DNA of 64,000 nt from Fimbriosthenelais zetlandica. Lineage: Eukaryota. The translations under genes were made by a program, and so were the position numbers. Positions 54,036 to 64,000 of this stretch are shown piece after piece (position 1 is the stretch's first letter; every line of letters begins with the position of its first letter). The notes under the pieces are model-generated. The model ran no database searches and was not told the DNA's origin. It saw nothing but the letters and a program-made list of their open reading frames with translations. The stretch is from positions 18,600,001-18,664,000 of the forward strand of contig OZ365116.1 in assembly GCA_977030845.1 (NCBI GenBank). The letters run 5' to 3'.

Positions 54036-56384
54036 TCACAAGTGGTACACTAGGCTGGTTAGAGCGGCTATGCTGGCCATTAGCAGGGTTGCTGAATGCT
54101 GATGTCCGCCATTAGAGTCTAGTTGATTTGCTGAAAATAGTAATTATAAACACATTGCTTAGTACACTTGGAGATTGCCGCTCTGGAGAATGAATTCAGA
54201 ACATAAACTTAGTATCATGCTTTCACTAGAGTCTGGCTATGGGCTACAATGAGATGCTTTGACATTTTTTGAGACTGAGTAAATCTACTTACCGCCATGA
54301 TGCCCTCTCTCGGCTTGAGCATTGTTGAATTTATTGCCAGGCTTGCGCATCCTCTTGCCACCACCAGGCCGTTTCTTGGGTCCGTCCATCTTGTCGCCCT
54401 TCTCAACGGTTTCGTTTAGTTCTGTCGTCATCATGGTGGTCGTCTCCGTGGCCTTGGTGCTGAGGATCTCATCATACTCAGCATCGTCCTTGGTGATCTC
54501 CTTCACCTCAGTGTCTGCTGAAGACATGGACCGGCAGGCTATGCGAACTGATGCCTTAGGTTCAGCTGCAATCAAAAGAAAATTGGATATTTTTAAGGAT
54601 TGAATAATACCTTTTATATGCTATTATTAAGAGATGAGCATGTGTTTTACAAAGGTTTTACATAGGGACCATGGTTGTTGGTTCCGTACCTGTGAATGAC
54701 ATCCAGAAGCCCTTGAGTGACCTTGTGAAGTACTGGAACTTTTGGGTTCTGTTATTGTTACCATCTGAGTGGAACTGTATATCTAGTTGAGGCCCGGTGG
54801 ATGTTATGTTCTTCACCCCGGTCATGATGGCCCCGCAGTGACGATGCTTCTGGTTGTTTTGCCTCAGCATCATCCAGTCTGCACGACATCGACTGAAATA
54901 TTAATTTTTACACCTATATTTCAACTTTCATGTCATTCACAAGGTGGATCACTATTTTAAATTCCATATTCAATGTCTCATAGATTGATATGAAAGTGTA
55001 TTACCTGTTTTTCGTCTCAAGGAGGAGATCAACTAAGCTTAGTACTATTCTTGATTCCCATTGAGTTGACAGCTTACAGATACAGTCCTTGTTGATGGGG
55101 TAGTTATAAGGGTAGTTGGGGCTCATAATGAACCCGTCGTTTACTGTAGTCTCTATGTGCTCACAGATGTTGTAGACCTTTTTCCCTGAAAAGTAAAAGC
55201 ATCGCTTAATATCATCTAATCTCTCAGATGATAATGAATTTTATGAAGACTGAAAATAAAAATGGACTAGAAAAAACTGTTGTATGCACATACTTGGAAC
55301 ACATTGGTACTCCACTTGTAAGTAGTCGGAGAACTTCTTTTTCGTTCCTTGGCAGGTTGGCATATAAGACTGCATGACTGTCCGTGTACAGGACCGGTTA
55401 CCCATACAGGTTGACCAGTCATACACCAGGTTCATACTGTCGTCCATACAGTCTCCTGGACAGTTAGAACAGTTATAAGAGTCCTGTCCTGGACTCAGTT
55501 CACAGTTCATCTCCCACGGCTTCAGATTCGTTTTGGTTTTGATACCATGAAAAGCTCGGTTGATTTTTATCATGTCACCATCTGCACAATCAAACTGCAC
55601 CTTGGGAATCCCCCTGCTCTTGAAACATTGGCTGGCTTTGTGAATTTTGAGATCTGTACAAGAAAAAAATGAGTTTTTATTAATATATTCAGACCAGCTG
55701 TACTTGAGAAACTCATATTAGCAATGCAACTAAAGCACCTGTCAAAATATTATAAATGTTGCCTCCCAGTGATAGTATTCCAGAAGTTCTAGATTTGATC
55801 AGGGGGAGTAATTTGAGGTATTTTAGTGTCATATATTAGTCTGAGGTAGGCATGTATAATTGGCATGATTAGGCTGTCAGATGGACGAGGCTAGGTCAGA
55901 GAGCAGGCCAGCACAAGGTGGTGGTCACTCCCTGCCTACACCGTGGACACCAATCATCTTCTTCATGGCAACAGATGGACACCATTAAACATGGCCACCA
56001 AATATTGCGTGAGAAAAACTGCTTCCCAACATCTTTCCTTGTACTGGGAACATTTGGTCATATCCGCAAATGGTTGCCAAAAAAACTTAGATATAAAATG
56101 TTACATTTGTATTATGCATTGCTTCCGTATTTTGGATGTTTTTTGAAAGTTCAAAAAGCAAATAACATGAATATACTCTGCGAATGTTGTTCACAGTTAT
56201 TCGGAAATATATTGCTAATACATGTAAGAATCTGTTAGCAATTTGTAATGTTGGCTCACCATAGATTTGGTATGAAATATCGATACAAATTTGTAAATTA
56301 AAACTCACCATTAGTGCTGACCACAGTTGCCAGGGCAACCAATAAAGCCACTGTGTAGAGGATGTGTGGCTGAATCCCCTCCAT
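54036..56384 (-). CDS. G2: signal peptide + SUEL + CUB-like + stalk + GPI-type signal (~395 aa)
   Basis: Exons 56309-56384 (MEGIQPHILYTVALLVALATVVSTN), 55294-55653 (SUEL), 55005-55185 and 54690-54892 (CUB, MSPNYP..DCICK..LKGFWMSF), 54293-54565 (ASVRIAC + stalk), 54036-54130 (DSNGGHQHSATLLMASIAALTSLVYHL*). Total 1188 nt, open throughout. Confidence 0.9.
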
Positions 56385-56802
56385 TGCCAAAGATGTTCTT
56401 TTAAATGAAGTGTCAGATTGAGATGTGGCAGGGGATGTAATTATGTTAGTCTATCTGTTATCTTATCTTGTCCTGCCCCTGGCTCTCTGGTAAGGATCCA
56501 GATCCGACTATTGTCAGTCCTTATTGTGTGATTGTAAAGTGTCCTCTTCACACTGTAGCTCGCCAAAATACTGATTGACTAGTCGAGCCTCTGCCCCCAT
56601 CAACCACTCCACCACCTTAGTAACCAGTTCCAGTCTTCCGCGCTGGCTCTCCCCTCCTCTTGCTGTTCCCTGACACAAGGTAACATTTGGTGGCCAGTGC
56701 GTAAAAACACCAATATGTGACGCTAGTGGTCGTCTGATCTTAAAAGAGCCACGCCCGGAATGGTCACATTGCTCCTCCAGCTGTCGTCATGGTGGACTGG
56801 TC

Positions 56803-57321
56803 GTTACTATGGTAACCACCTCCTGAAGTAACCTCCATTAGATGTCTAGGCTAGTCCCTCATGTTGGTGGAGAGGGCCATCACTGATGGATGAGGGATGG
56901 AATGGTGCACATTGATGGACTGATGTACTCAAGTATGATCACTTGGGAGAGTTTTGGCTCTTATCTAAATGAATTCAGCTCATATCCCATAAGAAATATA
57001 TTTTTTTGGAATTATTTCCTTTAAATGGGTATATAGCTGTATAATGGCTGCTTTATCAATAGTATCAATATTCAGATGCTCAATGAAGTTCAGATTTATA
57101 CCAATTTGAATTTTCTTTTGTATACAATTTAAGCAGAATTGCATTAATATATTCATTTTTATATTACCTTTTTTTCTATATTTTGCATCACTTTCCTTTG
57201 CTCCTTACCACATATCTGCTGCCACACGGCCTGGAATTCACCAATGTTCTATCTGTCAAGGCGGAAGTGATTGACGCCCACAATTGCCAGCTATTGGTTT
57301 TGATGCTGTTGCTATGGTTAT
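56803..57321. promoter_or_regulatory. G2 upstream region with X-box, ETS and CCAAT motifs
   Basis: GTTACTATGGTAAC at 56803-56816, GCGGAAGTG at 57261-57269, ATTGG at 57293-57297, partial X-box GTTGCTATGGTTAT at 57308-57321. Confidence 0.5.
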
Positions 57322-58596
57322 TCAGGCTATGTCACTAGGTGTCTTCGACCCGTGACCTCTCTCGACCTTCCACTATGTCTGCCTCTCCATCCTTTACCTT
57401 TTACACCAAATGTGATCAATACCATATTTTTTTCCACAATGTTTTTAATCTTCCCATTGCCTCTTGGCATGTGTTACACATATGAACAGCAGTAGAACTA
57501 TCCAAAGATTGTATTTTGGGATTGATTTGTGAATGAATTCTAGAATTATTCCCAGCGATTTTGTCCCTGAATATGTCGGAATTGCTTTAATAGAAAGTAA
57601 CATACCACCTCGAGCTATTGTTTCGTGTAAGTCTCCTCCATTATAATCTATTTACCATATGTTACATAAGTTGTTAGCAGGTTATTATCACCGATTGATT
57701 ATCATTGATTTATTGGCGTTGATCGATGTTGATAAGCAGTTTCAAAACTGACTTATTATGACTGACACTTAAGAAAGACCACAGAGTGGGTTGTGTATGT
57801 TTTATTGCACCTTTTTGACAGTAATACATGATGGATGTTCTCTCTGACTCGGTATATATGGCAGTAATATTATGATCTGGGTTGACTTGAGGAGATCAAA
57901 TCGACTATCGATTATTATTGCCTCATAAATACAATTGCTAGATGGTTCCTAATGTAATCATGCTTATAACTCTTATCTACATGCATATAGGTCTGGCATT
58001 GGGATAGATATGAATAACTTTGATTTTGTTAACACATTTGTTAGGAACTTCAATAGAGGATCTGTGCTTGGAATTGTACATTATAATATCATAATTTATA
58101 CGCCCAGATAATGAGTGGTGCACCTAGAAACGGTGAGCGATGGTGAGTAAGACAAAACCTAAACCAATTTTGGTGAATGAAGCTAAATAATCATTGACTA
58201 TAAACGAGGAAATTGATGGGTAAACACACTTCAGTCGTCACATAATGTCTCTACTAACATGCTCTCACTGATCTATGATAATTCCAGACTTGTGTTCATA
58301 TAAAGCATATATATATATGAACTATCACTCAAATAGCTATGATTGCTTTAACATATGTTATGCCTTCACGAAGACATTGCGCAAAATGGAAACAAACATG
58401 GACTATAATATGTGTTGCTCTTTTGCATTGACTCTGCCTGCAGAGCCTTTCTGATGTTTGAGAAGCACTCTTTCCTATTTGATTAGACACATGTTGGCAT
58501 AATGTTACAATTGGCATTTTAACCAGGAATGACTAATAGTATGAAACATATCTCTCCCAATGTTTAAGCACATCTTGATACATAATGTACTAATTG

Positions 58597-61500
58597 TTAG
58601 TGCCCGTACATATCATTTTCCATAATGAAGATCCCACGTTGTTCCTTTCTCCGGGCACCGTGTTTCCTGGCATATAATGGCTCTGTACTTCTGGCTGTGT
58701 CATAGTCAGGCTGACTGAGACTCTGAATACTGCTGCCACCTGACCTCAGATGACCTGCCTCCCCTCTACCCATCCTCATGGACGGATTCCTCGCCAGATT
58801 GATGGTGCTCTTGTGGCGTAAAGGTTTAGGTAGAGGCATGGGTCTCTTGTTTAACTTAGCGGGGAGGGTGTTGGATCTACCAGGTGGAATGTTAGCATAT
58901 GTATGCTCATTGCCTCGTGTGAAACAATCCTCAGACCAGCGTGGGAAACCAGCAAAGACATTATTGTCACCCAGGCCAGCATTGTTCAGGGATTCATTGC
59001 TGCTGAAATGTAATGTAATCTGACTGGTGGACTTTTTCTGATGATGCCTGGTGGCTTTATGCTTGGTGACTGGAGTAGGAACATTAACATATGAATGACC
59101 AGGTAATGAGGGATGTTGATGAGACTTGGCTTGTGATGATGAAGCTACTCTCTGATGATGCTCCAGTGTACCATTGTAATGGGGAGGTACACTGCTGCCT
59201 CCTTGTGTCTGTTTCCCTGTCTTACCACCTCCTCCTCCACCACGGCCTCTCTGACGACTCTGACGCTGTGCTATCAGCACATTAGCATGAACAGAGTAGC
59301 CCAGATCATTCCCCTTCTTCTTCTTCCTCTTACTGTAAAAAAACATGTAAGCATGAGTCGCTATTGGATGTAATAAATGCCTAACTGGAAACTAGTTTGC
59401 AAACATAAGCGTAAAAAAACGAAGTTTTCCTCTATAAATTACATTGGAAGGTCACACTTACCTGCTACTTTTGTGTAGACAAACTGACAAGAAGACAATA
59501 ATCAGAATGACAACCACTCCACCAGCTGCTGCTCCTCCTACGATTATTTCTGTGTGCGAAAAGAGTCATAAATAAATCCAGATTCATGAAATATGAGATG
59601 AAATAACAAAGGAGCTGCCAACGTTAACTCATTTTAGAGTATCTCCTAGACAGAGTAACTGATTGTTCTATGTCATATGATATATCGTATTGATATACCA
59701 TATACTTACTAATGTCTAGTGCCTCCTCCATCACTTCTGGTATGGATGTTGAGGTTTTCACACTTGGAGATGGTGATATAGATGTAGTTGATGTCATTGA
59801 AGTGTTTGTCACATTCCCTCCGAGGGACACAGTAGTTGTACTTTGTGTTTCCTCCTGTGAATCTACATATTTCATTGATGTTGTGGGTGTTGAGCTGGCC
59901 ATTGTTGCTGGTGTAGTGGTTAGCGTCGCTGCTTCAACATCTACAGTTGTTGCTGAAGTTGATGGTGTTGTTGGAGTAGTTGTCTGGGTTGATGTTGGGG
60001 ATGATGCTCTATGGAAAGTACTATTCAATCTGCCGTGACCAAAGTTCTGGCAGCGAACTGTCGCCTTTGAATATTCTCCAGTCTGCAAGGCAACTTGAGG
60101 AGAAAGGACACATTAATATTTAATTATTTTCATAGTATAAAGTTACATGGCCATTGCCAGCATTTAGACGGACACATTTGGTACGAATTTCTCAATAGGA
60201 TTAATCTTAGATTAAACTTTCAAACGGACATCTTGTATTATTAGATGCATACCTTTCCTGCTAATGTAAACATCTTTTTAATCTTTCCCTGAAATTGTCA
60301 CCCCTAGCCTTTTATGGCCATCTCACAATGAATCTATTATGAATCTGATAGAAGTATGTCTCAACCCCGAGCCTTCCAAGTTACCTCAAGCTTTCTTAAG
60401 TATGTTTGTGTTTGTATGAATGCCAACAAAGACCATGGCCCCCATTGGGGACAAAAAGATTATGTTGACATATGTCGGGATGTATTGACATTCATATGGT
60501 GGATCCAAGGCGGCGCTTAGCTCACCGTTACGCCCCAGTGTACAAAGTGACTAAATATATCCCATGCTACCTCCCATACCGGGATTCCCACTTTATCAGG
60601 TTCCTGTTTTAGGACCTTATGAAATAATTTAAGACCTTATGAAATAATTTCGGAATATGAAATTCCCACTTGAGCATATAATATTCCTTATAGATACATA
60701 AAATGTCTTGTTGCTGTATTCGTCCGGAATCCACTTATACTAAGGGAACTAAATCCAGTATTTTTCCGAATTCTGAAAACAATTATGATTAATTTTAAAT
60801 GAATAATTAAAGTCAATACTTACTTTGGATATCTATCCAGTATCTACCTTTGACGTTGAAGTTTTCACTGTAGAAAGTGAGTGGTATATCCTTGAATGGT
60901 TTATCAGCATCAGTTGGCTTCACATCCACCCCTTGGAAGATCATTCCTCGGGATGCGCACACCTTCTCATCGTTTATCATCACGTAGAAGGGGCAGGCAG
61001 CGTTGTTGACGTCATTGTGGGCCATGTCCCGTATGTTGATATTGGCTATACAGTTATATTCCATGCGGACTGAGCAGTGGCACTGGTCGGAATGCTGCCA
61101 TGTTGTGGGGTAACCATTAGACCGTAGTCTCACTATGCTGCTCTCTGTAGCCTCCTCACTAGACGAGCATGGGTCGAGCACAGGGTAGAGGATTCTCATA
61201 TTATCAGAGACTGAAAGGAAACATGTTTTTTGTTTATAAAGTAATTTCTCATTAATATTTTTATTTTTTTTATTTTTTTATTTTTTTTTTTTATAACAAA
61301 AATGACCAATTCCCCATAGTATAAGCTTGTATACTCACTTGGGTGACATACATATTCAATGTGTAGATACATGCTACCATAGAATCCATCACAGTCATTG
61401 AGGGGTTTATTGTTGAGGAAGAAGTTACAGTTGGAGAAGCCGTTACATTTCTTCCTGTAGAGGTCCGTCTGAGCGTCCTCTCCCAGCATGCAGTGTCCAC

Positions 61501-61650
61501 TCCCAAACGTAGGATACTCACAGAAATCATCATCAAAACTTCTGCTGACAGCAGCGAAGGCTTTCACTATTTCCAGCATGTATTCTGCATCATTACAGCT
61601 GATAGTTTTGGATGTTGAGTTGCTGTAACACCAGTTTCTATGCTCAGGGA
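58597..61650 (-). CDS. G1: SUEL + CUB-like + Ser/Thr stalk + TM + long Tyr-motif tail (type I membrane protein; signal exon not located)
   Basis: GT-AG exons with consistent phases: 61339-61650 (SUEL, 8 Cys, WCYSNS...YLHIEYVCHP), 60824-61210 (CUB-like, SNGYP..QCHCS..KGRYWIDIQ), 59710-60093 (ATVRC then Thr/Ser-rich stalk), 59462-59549 (TM IIVGGAAAGGVVVILIIVFLSVCL), 58597-59332 (KRKKKK stop-transfer, tail ending ENDMYGH*). Possible extra 42-nt exon 61856-61897. Confidence 0.85.
60613..60650 (+). repeat. 18-bp repeat with a 20-bp period, x2
   Basis: gaccttatgaaataattt at 60613 and 60633, in a G1 intron. Confidence 0.85.
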
Positions 61651-64000
61651 CTGGAAATGAACGGAGATATACTTGCTTATTAATGATGAAAAAATGGCCC
61701 ATATAAGTTACTTTTAGCATTTGGAACATTCGATTTATGAACATATAAAATATATCCAACAGGTAAATTAAAGCTTTTGACTTTGTGCTATTATACAGAC
61801 TTGACCTTGGCCTGTCTGGCTATCCTATAAAACATGTATCAAGCCTGGTTTTTACCAGCGGTTTGGTTGAATAATTTCCTCTTCTCGTGTCGGTGGACTA
61901 GTTTACATGGAAAAAACAACTTTATTTCAGTCGGTATCCATCTGTGATGCCACGACTTCATTCACCTTGAAGTATTCATTTTTTTCTGCAGTTTTCTGGT
62001 ACTTGAAATATAGAGTAATGTCTTATTACTTAGTGTTACGGGTGGCATCTCCCTCGTTTAAGTGGACATTTTCTCCTATAATCTTCTGACAAACATTATA
62101 TCTCAATCTCACTTGTCATACCGTCCCTAACGCAATTTTACATTTCAATGCCTTTGTAAAGTACTTGTAAATGGCGACACCTGAACAAATATCTTTCTGT
62201 ATTGGGTTTCCACCTCTTGCATTGACAAGTATGGGTGAGAATTGATCCCTGAAATACTGTCAATAGATGGGTATCTCTGAACCCTATGATTGAGACACCT
62301 GGAAATAGAGAAAGGCATCTATTTGATGTCTCCGTACGAGCTACAGACTAGTAGACACGTGACGATGCCAATTCACAGACACCTGATGAATGGATCCATC
62401 CAGGGGTTAAAAATACTGATCACCACTGGCGAAATACTCCCTGCCAATTCCCTCCTTTTCCCCTCTTCCAGTCTTCCCTATATCTATACTCTTTGCCAAA
62501 GTTCCAGCTACAATATATATGTAAAACATGGATCCATACAAGTTGTCATTGAGTATAGATCTGTCTTCCTTTCAAGTGTAACACTGTACTAACTGGAGAG
62601 CAGCCATCCCCCATGTAAGAGTTTCAAGTTTTAAGGAGACATTTTGTGTAGGGAGCTGTATAAATGTATATATGCTGGGCGTCTGCCATAGAATTTGGGA
62701 AGGGTACTGTCAGGTTACAAATAGTTGATTCAACTACATGTTCCCTCACCTCGCTAGACTTTTATATAATGTTGGTTATCTGGAAATGAAATATGGTCTT
62801 GTTTTCGGGAGATGAGTGGAAGTTTGTTTCTAGCTTATTCTATAGACTTGATTGACAAAGTGCCAGAGGGTGAAGGGATATATTATTCGTGATAAGTTTG
62901 CCGAATCAAATGCTTCATTTGCCTCAATGCTCTTGTTGGAATATTCATACACATGATATTCCATGCTGCACCAAGGAACTATTTTTCTGTATGTTATATA
63001 ACCTGCTTAATACACAATGTTTCAGCTGCATTGATCGTTTAGTGAAAGTGAAATTAACAAGAAATATTTAGAAGAAACATTGAGAAAAAATGGTAGCTCT
63101 TTACACATGTATAAACCATACAATTATTCCAGAGATGGATTCCATTCAGAATACTGTGATTTAGAACACTGTGATAAGAACATTAATTGAGTACTGTTAT
63201 ATAGCAATTCAATTGGTGTCGTGAGGCGACAAAGAGCAAACCGGTCTATCGATGTACCTGTATCATATTTCTACAAGAAAGGAACGTGTCTGTCATGCAC
63301 AACTGGTTCCGCTGGTAGAAGTCTTCTTTTTAGATGTGATTTTCTGGAGTTGGGTCATGACTTTCTTTTTTAATGGATTAGTTTAATTCATGATCTTGGC
63401 AGTGAAGATAGAACTATCTCAGAAAATAACTTATTTGGCATCGATTTGTTCTACTTATAATTCATATAATGAGTTGAATACTGGACGTGGAGCAAGCAGG
63501 CCAGCCTACATGTATGTTTGATACGAGGCGCCATCTTGTGAGGACCTTTTGTATAGAATCTCAATCATAAAGTCAGGTTATAAAGCTGAGTGGCATTCAC
63601 AAGTGATGCTTTGATCTGCAAATAAACTTAGAAATTGCTTACTTAGAGTACTTCTCAGTGTTTGAAGTGGTTTCTAATGAATGTATCAAAAGCAGAATGA
63701 GGTTTATATATGACCTTAGTCGTACACTGGTGCATACTTAGCTTCCCCATCTCTCTGGGAATCTTTACAAGGTATTATTTGAGAACACCACCCGCAGAGT
63801 TCAAGAGGACGTGGGATGAACAATATAATTATATTTATTGGGCCCCTATGGCACCAGTCGTTGGCTTCTGTAAAATATGTGTCATCCATCTGAATCTTCT
63901 CAGTCCCATCCTTGACAAAAATCAAAGCCATCAGTATCTGAAGTGTCTGATAGATTTTGTTTTTCCACAATCGGTTATTGTCCTCTCAGATTAAGTTTAA

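Noticed and set aside
56326-56339. X-box-like GTTGCCAGGGCAAC
   Set aside because: It lies inside the G2 signal-peptide coding sequence (VALAT) and is explained by codons, so it was not counted.
24-61650. Assigning latrophilin, EVA1C, neuropilin or Neto gene symbols
   Set aside because: The architecture does not match: no GAIN/7TM, no tandem SUEL, no FA58C/MAM or LDLa domains.
62310-62395. MDPFIRCL*IGIVTCLLVCSSYGDIK as the G1 signal exon
   Set aside because: It has an internal stop and no phase-1 donor.
1-64000. CRISPR arrays, rRNA, prokaryotic operons or intact transposons
   Set aside because: None seen; the window is spliced eukaryotic sequence with no RT or transposase ORF and no repeat-spacer array.

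Overview
AT-rich eukaryotic genomic DNA with spliced genes, probably from an invertebrate (lophotrochozoan-like by inference; species not identifiable). Hand-splicing the minus strand gives a head-to-tail cluster of at least nine divergent paralogues (G1-G9, numbered from the right). The common plan is signal peptide, SUEL/Gal_Lectin-type 8-Cys domain, atypical 6-Cys CUB-like domain, variable stalk, membrane anchor. Anchors and tails differ: G1 has a TM helix and a ~245-aa Tyr-motif tail. G2-G4 end in GPI-type signals. G5 has an acidic stalk and a TM helix. G6 has a ~780-aa basic stalk from one 2352-nt exon, then a TM helix. G7 has a TM helix and two candidate 12-nt microexons. G8 is SUEL-only (no CUB) with a TM helix and an ITIM-like tail. 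G9 runs off the left edge. RFX X-box motifs lie upstream of several members. About 14 kb (9.5-23.3 kb) has no recognisable family exon but many TF motifs and small duplications. All gene models are manual, have no transcript support, and domain names come from motif recognition rather than a database search.
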